A DNA stretch of 64,000 nucleotides from positions 1,789-65,788 of the forward strand of contig JAZOWX010000043.1 in NCBI GenBank assembly GCA_045659405.1. The letters run 5' to 3'. Source of the stretch: Eubacteriales bacterium. GTDB lineage: Bacteria > Bacillota > Clostridia > Oscillospirales > CAG-272. This document shows, in pieces, positions 28,286-36,892 of the stretch (its first letter is position 1; every line of letters begins with the position of its first letter). The notes under the pieces are model-generated. The model had not been told where the DNA came from. It was given only the letters and a program-made list of their open reading frames with translations, and ran no database searches. The position numbers were made by a program, and so were the translations under genes.

Positions 28286-28561
28286 ATGAGAAATATTATT
28301 GAAGAGCTTTGGTGCGGAAATATAATGCCGTTGGAAGACCGCAGGAACAACACAAAGGAAATGAAAGAGCTTCTCGGTTACATAACAAAGCATCACGAGG
28401 ATTTGGATAAGACCTTTACAGACGAGCAGAAGATAGTATTTGAAAAGCTTAATGATTGCTGGAGTGAATATATGAGTCTTGCCGAAGCTGCTATTTTCAA
28501 ATATGCTTTCAAGCTCGGAGCGAGTATAGCCATTGAGGTTATGAACTTTGATGCGGAATAG
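28286..28561 (+). CDS. Small helical protein of unknown function, divergent from the XRE gene
   Basis: AAGGAG RBS lies 7 nt upstream of the ATG at 28286. Product of 91 aa, MRNIIEELWCGNIMPLEDRR... Confidence 0.6.
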   Translation: MRNIIEELWCGNIMPLEDRRNNTKEMKELLGYITKHHEDLDKTFTDEQKIVFEKLNDCWSEYMSLAEAAIFKYAFKLGASIAIEVMNFDAE

Positions 28562-28664
28562 TAAATGCTTGAACGGCAATTTTTTGACAACCTTCTGACA
28601 CCTTTTGGCGAGACTTTTTGATATTTTAGAGAGAGATGGGCGAAATCAAGGTAAAAGAATGTCA

Positions 28665-28791
28665 ATGATATATGACTCCGTCATATGATATACTCGGTTA
28701 ACGATATATACTCTTTAACCGAGCATGATATATTTGCTGTACAAATATGATATAATATCCGTTCCCTCATATGCCGACAGGCATATATCAT
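28665..28791. repeat. Cluster of five ATGATATA octamers (four direct, one inverted)
   Basis: Direct copies at 28665, 28685, 28725 and 28747. Inverted copy at 28784-28791. Spacing is about 20 or 40 bp. Confidence 0.8.
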
Positions 28792-28907
28792 CGCATTAAG
28801 TGCGATATTTGCTATTCGTCGGTCGGACACGACGAATGACGCAATATGCCGCAAGCGGCATGCACCCGCAAAGCAGATATAATATCTGTTTCATAAGGAA
28901 CGGATAT
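28755..28907 (+). other. Five-hairpin element closed by an 11-bp long-range helix (candidate structured RNA or att-type DNA site)
   Basis: Closing helix 28755-28765 / 28897-28907. Internal hairpins at 28769-28786, 28791-28805, 28814-28837, 28846-28861 and 28874-28888. Confidence 0.35.
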
Positions 28908-28911
28908 AATT

Positions 28912-28950
28912 GAAAAAGACCCAAGATTGTATCCAATCTTGAGTCTTTTT
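28912..28950. terminator. Bidirectional terminator abutting the tRNA-Ser 3' end
   Basis: CAAGATTG / CAATCTTG core stem, flanked by AAAAAG and TTTTT. Confidence 0.75.
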
Positions 28951-28951
28951 C

Positions 28952-29042
28952 TGGCGGAGAAGGAGAGATTTGAACTCTCGCGCCGGTATAGCCGACCTAC
29001 ACCCTTAGCAGGGGCGCCTCTTCACCACTTGAGTACTTCTCC
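28952..29042 (-). tRNA. tRNA-Ser (anticodon GCU), class II, encoded CCA
   Basis: Reverse complement GGAGAAG...CTTCTCCGCCA. Anticodon stem CGCCC/GGGTG with loop CTGCTAA, T-arm GAGAG TTCAAAT CTCTC, and a long variable arm. Confidence 0.9.
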
Positions 29043-29077
29043 AAAAATGCATGGTCGGTTTATTAATCTGCCCGATT

Positions 29078-29106
29078 ATTATATCAAATCAAAGGAAGAT
29101 TGTCAA
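29078..29106 (-). promoter_or_regulatory. Perfect consensus promoter for tRNA-Ser
   Basis: On the minus strand: TTGACA (29106-29101), 17-nt spacer, TATAAT (29083-29078). Confidence 0.75.
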
Positions 29107-29189
29107 TACTTTTTTCCAAAAAAATTAAAAACGCAAAAAGATATAAAAACCGACTATGCAAAACGCTTTGGTTGTTTTTGTATTCTTTA

Positions 29190-29531
29190 TTAAAAATTGA
29201 TGTTATTCCATCCCCAGATTTTGAACTCCGAGTATTTCACGTAAATTCTGTCGGTGGGGATATCAAGCGCTTCGGATACAAGCTTGCAGGTAAGCTTTGT
29301 CATAGCGGCATAAACATCCTCGCTTGCGCTGCCGAGCAGGTCTATCGACACCATACAGCAGTTGCCAATCTCACCGGCAAATGCCATAGCACGCTCACCC
29401 TCAACGTTCACCATAAGGTAGCGCTCCGTCTTGCCCGGAAAGGTTTCGATAGCCTTGCCGAACCGACGTACAAGCTCGGACTCTATTTCCTTTGAAATCT
29501 TTTTGTCTGTTTTAAGCTCAATATATGGCAT
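29190..29531 (-). CDS. MIF/tautomerase-superfamily protein with N-terminal Pro-1
   Basis: Start moved to the second Met, so the mature N-terminus is Pro (MPYIELKT). The 113-aa layout and the C-terminal WGWNNINF parallel the MIF ending VGWNNSTFA. Confidence 0.7.
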   Translation of the reverse strand: MPYIELKTDKKISKEIESELVRRFGKAIETFPGKTERYLMVNVEGERAMAFAGEIGNCCMVSIDLLGSASEDVYAAMTKLTCKLVSEALDIPTDRIYVKYSEFKIWGWNNINF

Positions 29532-29549
29532 AAAATTCACCTCATTTTA

Positions 29550-30824
29550 TTATGATTTAATTTCGTCAAGCGCCGCCGTTACGTCCGCATAGGTGTAAAG
29601 CGACCCAAGGCAAACAAGTGCTGTACCGCTGTTTTTTGCCTTTTCATAAGCTGCACGCAGCGCAGTCTTTATATCGGGGCAGGGGGTTGCCGAAACAGAA
29701 TTTTCTGCAAGGATTTTTGCATACTCCGTGGCAGAAAGCGCTCTTGGCGAGTCGGGTGTTGTGGTAAATGCGGTATCGGCAATTTTCGAAAGCTCGCCTG
29801 CTATAAATCGGTAGTCCTTATCCTGAAGAACACCCGAAAGCACAGTAACCTTGCTGTCAAAGTAGTGCGCAATGCTCTCTGTCGCAACCGTTATACCCTC
29901 GGGGTTGTGCGCTCCGTCGAATATTATGAGCGGATTTTCCGAGATTATTTCAAATCTTGCAGGCCATTTTGCCGAAAGTAAGCCACAGCGCACGGCATCC
30001 TCGGAAACGTTCAGTCCACGCTCTTTGAGTATATCAACAGCATCAAGCACAGTCGTGGCATTTTTCGGCTGGTAAAGACCTAAAAGATTTGTTTTAACGC
30101 TATGTCTTTCCTTATAGTCAAATACAGTGCCCGAAAGAGTAGCCTCGCTGACGGTAAGCTTTGTTCTATCCGTTTTATAAAAGCTTGAGCCAAGCTCTGA
30201 AGCACGGCTTTCTATGACCGCCATCGCAGACAAATCCTCACCGCCGAACAGCACAGGCACACCGCTTTTTATTATACCCGCTTTTTCGGCAGCTATCTTT
30301 TCAACCGTATCGCCAAGATATGCCGTATGGTCGAGCGCAATACCCGTAATTACCGAAAGCACGGGTGTCTTTATAATGTTTGTAGAGTCAAGTCTACCGC
30401 CCATGCCTGCTTCAAGCACAACGATATCACAGCCTGCCTCGGCAAAATAAAGAAATGCTATGGCAGTTATAAGCTCAAATTCCGTCGGCTTATCCGTCAT
30501 CGCATCGGCAATAGGACGAACACGCTCGGTGATTTCGGTGAGCTTTTCGTTTTCGATATTCTTTCGGTTTATCTGCATTCTCTCGTTGAAAAACTTGATA
30601 TACGGAGACGTGTAAAGTCCTGTTTTGTAGCCTGCCGACTCAAGTATGGACGAGAGCATAGAACAGAACGAGCCCTTGCCGTTAGTACCGGCAACGTGTA
30701 CAAACTTCAGCTTGTCCTGCGGATTGCCAAGTGCCTCGCAAAGTGTGCCAATACGCTCGAGGCCGGGCTTGCAAAAGCTCCAGCTTATGCTGTGAATGTA
30801 TTCTAAAGCTTCATCATAAGTCAT
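29550..30824 (-). CDS. folC: Folylpolyglutamate synthase / dihydrofolate synthase
   Basis: P-loop HVAGTNGKGS and Mur-ligase-like layout. Start taken at MTYDEALEYIHS (30824), overlapping the folT stop. Confidence 0.9.
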   Translation of the reverse strand: MTYDEALEYIHSISWSFCKPGLERIGTLCEALGNPQDKLKFVHVAGTNGKGSFCSMLSSILESAGYKTGLYTSPYIKFFNERMQINRKNIENEKLTEITERVRPIADAMTDKPTEFELITAIAFLYFAEAGCDIVVLEAGMGGRLDSTNIIKTPVLSVITGIALDHTAYLGDTVEKIAAEKAGIIKSGVPVLFGGEDLSAMAVIESRASELGSSFYKTDRTKLTVSEATLSGTVFDYKERHSVKTNLLGLYQPKNATTVLDAVDILKERGLNVSEDAVRCGLLSAKWPARFEIISENPLIIFDGAHNPEGITVATESIAHYFDSKVTVLSGVLQDKDYRFIAGELSKIADTAFTTTPDSPRALSATEYAKILAENSVSATPCPDIKTALRAAYEKAKNSGTALVCLGSLYTYADVTAALDEIKS

Positions 30825-31374
30825 CCTTCTTTTCCTCCTCAATAACTCCGTCAACAAGCGCCAAAAAGGTCGATTTTTTGAATAAAAGGCATAAAACGAG
30901 AGCCTCAAGCGCCGAGATAATGATATAAACAGGTATCCTTATAAGCACACCCCAACCGTAAAAGCTGAACAGTCCTATCGACTTGATTATCATTGAACCT
31001 ATAACGTGAGAGGCCAATGTGCAAACTATTATTTGCATATTTCCTCTTTTTTTCACTACAAAGCGTGATATAAGACCCGACAAAATTCCGACGGTGGCTG
31101 CACCGAGTGTAACTATCAGATTTGGCGGATAGGTTTGCGGTGATAATAGATAGCTCATAAGATCGCTCGCAGCGCCTACCGCTCCTCCTGCTATCGGGCC
31201 GAAAAGCATTCCGGATAGTATAATTGGCAAATTCTCGAACGTTATTCTCACAAGACCACCGGCAAAATTCAGCAAGGTCTTGCAGAAAATACCTATAACT
31301 ACACTCATAGCGACAAGCATTGCCGCAAGAGTTAAAGCCCGAACGCTTTTAAACAGGGGACTTTGATTTTTCAT
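30814..31374 (-). CDS. folT: Folate-family ECF transporter S component
   Basis: RITFENLPIILSGMLFGPIAGGAVGAASDL matches the FolT family. Start at MKNQSPLF, after GGAGGTG. Confidence 0.85.
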   Translation of the reverse strand: MKNQSPLFKSVRALTLAAMLVAMSVVIGIFCKTLLNFAGGLVRITFENLPIILSGMLFGPIAGGAVGAASDLMSYLLSPQTYPPNLIVTLGAATVGILSGLISRFVVKKRGNMQIIVCTLASHVIGSMIIKSIGLFSFYGWGVLIRIPVYIIISALEALVLCLLFKKSTFLALVDGVIEEEKKDDL

Positions 31375-31450
31375 AAAAAAACACCTCCACATTACAGATT
31401 TACATCTTCCGTACCGTGGGGGCAGCAAAATATATAAAGCGTCCTTTGGT

Positions 31451-31554
31451 AACAGTGGGATGCGGTACACATATCGCAAAGCCTTGCGGCTTCTTTCGTC
31501 TGTACGACAACTCCCCGTTCATACAGCACTAAACGCATATATACCTACTCTGTT
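31451..31554 (-). promoter_or_regulatory. THF (tetrahydrofolate) riboswitch, folT motif
   Basis: The minus-strand RNA is AACAGAGUAGGUAUAUAUGCGUUUAGUGCUGUAUGAACGGGGAGUUGUCGUACAGACGAAAG...CGCAUCCCACUGUU. It parallels, block by block, the Eubacterium siraeum THF aptamer as I recall it (AGAGUAG, GCGUUAAGUG, GGGAUGUCGUCACACAACGAAG, GCAUCC). P1 is AACAG/CUGUU. Confidence 0.85.
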
Positions 31555-31583
31555 TGCGGCCACTTCTTTTGTGGCACGTCAAC

Positions 31584-31612
31584 AGTATAGCACATATATT
31601 TTCAATTTTCAA
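31584..31612 (-). promoter_or_regulatory. Promoter of the riboswitch-folT-folC operon
   Basis: On the minus strand: TTGAAA, 17-nt spacer, TATACT. Confidence 0.5.
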
Positions 31613-31948
31613 TACTTATCGCTCTTTTTATATAATTTTCTGTAGCTTTTGGGTGTAAGCTTTGGCGCTTCCGCTCGTGAAGTGCGGTAGCCGCTGTGAG
31701 ACTTCAGCATATAGCGGCAGTAAAAATCAAAGGCAGAAAACCGAGCTTTTTCCCACGGTATGCTCTTTGCTTTATCAGTAGTTAAATTGGAATTTTGTCA
31801 TATTTGAGCGAAAAACGGAAATATTTTCAAAAAAGGCTCGAAACTCAACTTTTTTTGCTTGACTTTTTAGATTAAAAGTGCTAAACTTTGTAGGTGCGTA
31901 AAAATATACTAAAAATAAACAAGTTTACGGTTAACCTTGGAGATTGTT

Positions 31949-33232
31949 ATGCAACAGCTTTTAGTTTTATCTATTTCACTATTTGCAGGACTTATGCTCT
32001 CACGCTTGGCAAAGCTTGTGAAGCTTCCTGCCGTAACGGCATATCTTATAGCAGGAATACTTGTAGGACCTTACGTCCTCGGCGCATTCGGTGTTTCGGG
32101 ACTTGGTTTCACAAGCCTTGAAAATGTAGAGGAGTACTCGATAATTTGCGATGTTGCCCTCGGCTTCATTGCTTTTTCGATAGGAAACGAATTCCGTTTC
32201 TCGCAGCTTCGTAAGATAGGAAAGCAGGCGACTGTAATCGGTATATTCCAGGCGGTGATAACCACCCTCGTGGTAGACGTAGCGCTCATAGCGCTTCACT
32301 TCATAATGCCTGATAAGCTTTCGCTTCCTGCGGCAATAACGCTCGGTGCAATAGCTGCGGCAACAGCCCCCGCGGCAACGCTTATGGTTGTAAGGCAGTA
32401 TAAGGCAAAGGGTAAGCTTACCGATATTCTTCTTCCTGTTGTAGCTCTTGATGATGCTGTCGGACTTGTTCTGTTTGCAATTTCATTCGGAATTGCAAGG
32501 GCAATGCAAAGCGGAAGCGTTGATATAATTTCCGTGCTTGTCGAGCCGATACTCGAGGTTGTTTTGTCGCTTATCCTCGGTGCTGTTATGGGAATTCTTT
32601 TCACTTATTTCGAAAAGTTCTTCCACTCCCGCTCAAAGCGTCTTGCAATGTCGGTTACCTTCGTCTTGCTTACCGTTGCGCTTTCGATGCTGACCTTTGA
32701 AATCGGCAGTGTGCATATATCCTTCTCGTCGCTTCTGGTTTGTATGATGCTCGGTACGGTGTTCTGCAATATATGCGATTTTTCCGAGGAGCTTATGGAC
32801 AGAATCGACAGATGGACAGCTCCTATCTTCATTCTCTTCTTCGTGCTCAGCGGTGCTGAACTTGACCTCTCGGTATTCGGAGACGGAGCAATAGTAATTA
32901 TAGGTATTGTCTACATAGCATTCCGTTCGTTCGGAAAATACAGCGGCGCTTATGCAAGCTGTCGTATTGTTAACTGTGACGAAAGCATAACCAAGCACCT
33001 CGGCATCACACTTTTGCCTCAGGCGGGAGTTGCTCTCGGAATGGCAATAAAGGCTCAGGCGCTCGGTGCTGACGGTGCAATGGTCGCAAATATAACGCTC
33101 TTTGCCGTTCTTATATATGAGATTGTAGGCCCGTCGCTTACAAAATGGTCGCTCTTGAAATCGGGGGATATCAAGCCCGAGGAAAAGACAAGCGCAAGAC
33201 ACGCATTCCTTCATTTCAGACACATCAAGTAA
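31949..33232 (+). CDS. Cation:proton antiporter (CPA2 / Kef-type Na+/H+ exchanger family)
   Basis: MQQLLVLSISLFAGLMLSRLAKLVKLPAVTAYLIAGILVGPYVLG is a typical CPA N-terminus. About 12 TM helices. Confidence 0.85.
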   Translation: MQQLLVLSISLFAGLMLSRLAKLVKLPAVTAYLIAGILVGPYVLGAFGVSGLGFTSLENVEEYSIICDVALGFIAFSIGNEFRFSQLRKIGKQATVIGIFQAVITTLVVDVALIALHFIMPDKLSLPAAITLGAIAAATAPAATLMVVRQYKAKGKLTDILLPVVALDDAVGLVLFAISFGIARAMQSGSVDIISVLVEPILEVVLSLILGAVMGILFTYFEKFFHSRSKRLAMSVTFVLLTVALSMLTFEIGSVHISFSSLLVCMMLGTVFCNICDFSEELMDRIDRWTAPIFILFFVLSGAELDLSVFGDGAIVIIGIVYIAFRSFGKYSGAYASCRIVNCDESITKHLGITLLPQAGVALGMAIKAQALGADGAMVANITLFAVLIYEIVGPSLTKWSLLKSGDIKPEEKTSARHAFLHFRHIK

Positions 33233-33253
33233 ACTAAAATTTACAAATAAAGC

Positions 33254-33288
33254 AAACACGGCTCGAATTTTTCGAGCCGTGTTTTAAT
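33254..33288. terminator. Bidirectional terminator
   Basis: ACACGGCTCGAA / TTCGAGCCGTGT stem. Confidence 0.75.
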
Positions 33289-33313
33289 TTTTCTCTTGGG
33301 ATTGGACGCAATT

Positions 33314-34408
33314 CTATCTTTCCCATTTGGTGTAAAGTATTGATGTCTTTGTGTCCTCACCGTAAATTTCGTAGTACACGGTAACAAGCGAGCCGTCCGC
33401 AAGCTCTGCCGTTGCAGCATATCCGTGATCGTTTGTCGGAGCATCCGAGAGGATGTATTCCTCGCCCCAGGTAAGGCCGCCGTCGGTACTGATTCTCGCT
33501 CTTGAGCCGCAGGGGTCAAGGCGTCTTGAATAGGACATCATAAGGCTACCGTCGCGAAGCGGGAGAAGGTGAGGGGGAGAACCGCAAATTCCGGTCATTG
33601 CAGGTGCGCTCCAGGTTTTTCCGCCGTCGGTTGAGCGTACTGTGTAAATTGTGAAGTCCTCTTTTTCTCCAAGTCTTACAGCGGCAAGAAGCGTTCCGTC
33701 AGCAAGCTCCGTAATATGAGGCTCATACGAGTTCTTGCGTATATTGATATCCTCAAGCGGAATTGTTGAAACGTAGGTCCAGCTTTTACCCTCGTCAAAG
33801 CTTTCGTAAAGGGCGATATCCGCGGGGTTGAAGAGAAGGTTACCTACCATCTCGCAGTGTCCTTTCGTAACCTTTCCTATGTAGAGCAAGCGTCCTAATT
33901 TTGTGTATGCCGCTCCGTGAGGTGCGGAAACAGGTATTTCGCATTTTGAGTCCCAGCTCATACCGTAGTTATCAGATACCTTTGTGTATGATTTTGATAC
34001 GCAGTCATCCTTGGGGTAGCTTTCGTAGGCTTTGAGCATACCCAGCACCATTGGGAGCGCATCGGGTTCGGTCTTTGATACAATCCTATCACGCCAAGGA
34101 CCTACGTAATATTCAGGGGTGTTGTGGAACCAGCTGAGCAGCATTTTTCCATTTCCAAGATAGGTAATTCCCGCATCCCTGTCGTCATATTTTGTGTCGT
34201 TTACTATTATAGGACAGCTCCAAAGCGTGCCGCCGTTGTTGCTCACGCACATAACTGTTTTACCCATTGGGCAAACGTGCGATGAGCGGTATCCCGAAAA
34301 TACCGCATAAAGCGTTTCGTTTTCGTCAACCGCAATAGACGGCCATCCCTGATATCTGAACGGATGACCTTCAGCACGGTATACTATACCTTTTTTGATA
34401 ATTTTCAT
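33314..34408 (-). CDS. BNR/Asp-box repeat protein (sialidase-like beta-propeller, GH33-like), no signal peptide
   Basis: Asp-boxes STDGGKTWS, STDGGLTWG, SFDEGKSWT and SNNGGTLWS. Start at MKIIKKG, after AGGAGA. Confidence 0.75.
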   Translation of the reverse strand: MKIIKKGIVYRAEGHPFRYQGWPSIAVDENETLYAVFSGYRSSHVCPMGKTVMCVSNNGGTLWSCPIIVNDTKYDDRDAGITYLGNGKMLLSWFHNTPEYYVGPWRDRIVSKTEPDALPMVLGMLKAYESYPKDDCVSKSYTKVSDNYGMSWDSKCEIPVSAPHGAAYTKLGRLLYIGKVTKGHCEMVGNLLFNPADIALYESFDEGKSWTYVSTIPLEDINIRKNSYEPHITELADGTLLAAVRLGEKEDFTIYTVRSTDGGKTWSAPAMTGICGSPPHLLPLRDGSLMMSYSRRLDPCGSRARISTDGGLTWGEEYILSDAPTNDHGYAATAELADGSLVTVYYEIYGEDTKTSILYTKWER

Positions 34409-34657
34409 ACGATTATCTCCTCTGCTCGTCTTTTCGAGTGTGTAATTTTTCTGCCGTTTAAAAACGAATTTTGCCACTTCGTGTTTTGCGGCTGTCGAGC
34501 TATGTAAATTATACCCCCTATTTTCAAGAAAGTAAAGTCCAAATCAAGACAATAATTTGAAAAAATGTCCAAAAAACGCTATTCGATATTGACAAATGTA
34601 AAAAACTTTTGTATATTTTATATAATGTCAAATAAATTCTTTGTTTTTGGAGCGGCG

Positions 34658-34801
34658 ATGACAAACAGAAAAGATACGTTAAAGGACGTAATAGAAAAAG
34701 AATACCGTGTTAGCGTAAACAACCTTTCGCTGGCAGTGTTTTTTTTACGGGCATACGATCTCGGACGTAGATTTACAGAAAAGCACAGACATCCGTCCTG
34801 A
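34658..34801 (+). pseudogene. Possible detached N-terminal fragment of the downstream AraC regulator
   Basis: GGAG RBS before the ATG at 34658. The 47-aa product ends ...FTEKHRHPS then TGA. The next ORF, in another frame, restarts with MMHIHSC and has no RBS. The DNA around the junction is an imperfect direct repeat. Confidence 0.35.
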
Positions 34802-34811
34802 TATACTGACG

Positions 34812-35588
34812 ATGATGCACATACATTCCTGCATAGAGATATTCTGCTGTGTAGCCGAGGGTGCTGCAATTATGACGCACGAGGGAACTATAAGAATGTC
34901 ACGCGGGGATGTAGTGTTAATCCCCGTAAATTATCCTCACTTTGCCTTTGGCAGCAGTTCATCCTGGATATCACTCGGCTTTTCGGGTAAGAGGGGCGAT
35001 GCCAAGAGCACGTATGATCTGTACCGTGAGTTTTCGGATGTGCTTGAAATAAAAAAGGAGAGAATCTATCGCGCGGCTTTGGATATATACGATAAGATTT
35101 TGGCTTTAAAGCAAGAAAAACACGAGACGTCCTCCCCTCTGCCGGCCCTTGAGTTTTTGTTTATTTTGCGTAAGCTTCGTGAATTTTCTTACACGCATAT
35201 TTCAAATGATTCACGTGTGTCGGGCTTGATAAATGAAAAAGAGCAGGATATAACTCGCTTTTTACTGCTTGAGCATCTTATTTCTTCAAGTTATACGGAG
35301 AAATACGACGTCAACGAAATAGCAAGGCGATTGTGTATCACCCGCCGTCACATGGACAGGATAATAAAGGAGCGTTACGGCAAAACCTTAAGAGAGCTGA
35401 TATACAAAAAACGCATCGACTGCGCAAAGCGATTGCTATCCGATGGTGATAAAACAGTAGATGAAATAGCACGCAGCGTAGGATTTTCGGGAAGTTCAGC
35501 ATTCAAAAATGCATTTGTTTCAAATACGGGAATAACCCCGAGCCGATATCGGGCGGAAAACCGTAAAAGAGCTGATATACTGCTGTAA
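34812..35588 (+). CDS. AraC family transcriptional regulator (cupin-like N-terminus plus C-terminal HTH_AraC)
   Basis: HIHSCIEIFCCVAEG cupin motif. C-terminal VDEIARSVGFSGSSAFKNAFVSNTGITPSRYR. Confidence 0.8.
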   Translation: MMHIHSCIEIFCCVAEGAAIMTHEGTIRMSRGDVVLIPVNYPHFAFGSSSSWISLGFSGKRGDAKSTYDLYREFSDVLEIKKERIYRAALDIYDKILALKQEKHETSSPLPALEFLFILRKLREFSYTHISNDSRVSGLINEKEQDITRFLLLEHLISSSYTEKYDVNEIARRLCITRRHMDRIIKERYGKTLRELIYKKRIDCAKRLLSDGDKTVDEIARSVGFSGSSAFKNAFVSNTGITPSRYRAENRKRADILL

Positions 35589-35739
35589 AAGCGGTAAATC
35601 CGTGTAAAAATTAAAAAATCAAAAAAATACTTCTAAAACAAACCGAAAACCAATATTTTCTATTGACAAAATTATAACAAAGCTGTATAATGATAATAAT
35701 TTTTTAATTCTAAATGATACTGTTCGGAAAGGAGACGCT

Positions 35740-36834
35740 ATGAACAGAGTATATAATTTTTCAGCAGGTCCCTCAATGCTCCCTATGGAAGTTCTTGAAT
35801 CAGCAAAGGAAGATCTTATATCTTACGGTGATTCGGGAATGTCGGTAATGGAGATGAGCCACCGCACACCCGAATTTGAAAGTATTATCAGCGCGGCAGA
35901 AGCTTCGCTTCGCAAGCTGATGAACATTCCCGACAACTACAAGGTCCTCTTTATGCAGGGAGGAGCATCGCTTCAGTTTGCCGCAGTTCCGCTCAACCTT
36001 CTTTCTGAGCGTAAATGCGCTGATTACATAGTTTCCGGACAGTTCTCTAAAAAGGCGGCTCTTGAAGCTAAAAAGTACGGTGATATAGCAATCGCGGCAT
36101 CAAGCGCAGGTGCGATTCCTACCTTCTCCACAGTACCCGAAACAAAGAGAAGTGATTTCAGACCTGATGCTGACTACGTTCATATTTGCTACAATAATAC
36201 TATATACGGAACAAAGTTCCACAAGATTCCCGATACAGGAAACATTCCTCTTGTAGCTGATATGTCCTCCTGCATTCTTTCCGAGCCTGTCGACGTTTCG
36301 AAGTTTGCTCTTATTTATGCAGGAGCGCAGAAGAACATTGCTCCAGCAGGCGTTACCATAGTTATAGTAAGAGAGGATCATATCGGAAATGCACGTCCTG
36401 ACACTCCGTGTATGCTCGATTACAAGCTTATGGCTGACAACGATTCTATGTACAACACACCGCCTTGCTGGCCTATATATATCGCAAAGCTTGTGTTTGA
36501 CCACCTTATTTCAATAGGCGGACTTGAAGAGATGAAGCGCCGCAACGAGAAGAAGGCTAGTCTTATTTACGATTACCTCGATTCGCAGAACTATTATACT
36601 GCTCCGGTTGATAAAAAGTGCCGTTCAATGATGAACGTTGTTTTTGTAACAGGAAATGCTGAACTTGATAAGAAATTCATCAGCGAGGCAAAGGCAGAGG
36701 GACTTGTAAACCTTGGCGGCCACCGCTCTGTTGGCGGTATGAGAGCTTCTATCTATAACGCTATGCCGTATGAGGGAGTTGAAAAGCTCGTAGAGTTTAT
36801 GAAGCGTTTCGCTATGAACAACCCTAAAATGTAA
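35740..36834 (+). CDS. serC: Phosphoserine aminotransferase
   Basis: MNRVYNFSAGPSMLPMEVL N-terminus and full-length family resemblance. Confidence 0.93.
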   Translation: MNRVYNFSAGPSMLPMEVLESAKEDLISYGDSGMSVMEMSHRTPEFESIISAAEASLRKLMNIPDNYKVLFMQGGASLQFAAVPLNLLSERKCADYIVSGQFSKKAALEAKKYGDIAIAASSAGAIPTFSTVPETKRSDFRPDADYVHICYNNTIYGTKFHKIPDTGNIPLVADMSSCILSEPVDVSKFALIYAGAQKNIAPAGVTIVIVREDHIGNARPDTPCMLDYKLMADNDSMYNTPPCWPIYIAKLVFDHLISIGGLEEMKRRNEKKASLIYDYLDSQNYYTAPVDKKCRSMMNVVFVTGNAELDKKFISEAKAEGLVNLGGHRSVGGMRASIYNAMPYEGVEKLVEFMKRFAMNNPKM

Positions 36835-36892
36835 TCAATACGGGACAGCGATATTACGCTGTCCCTGTCTTTTAATAAGGAGAGAGTTTGAG

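Noticed and set aside
27948-28561. XRE regulator plus 91-aa neighbour as a toxin-antitoxin pair
   Set aside because: The genes are divergent rather than co-transcribed, and the 91-aa protein shows no toxin-like motif.
28190-28665. Minus-strand ORFs 28190-28579 and 28393-28665
   Set aside because: They lie antisense to the better-supported plus-strand gene (AAGGAG RBS, ATG at 28286). They have no RBS and poor composition.
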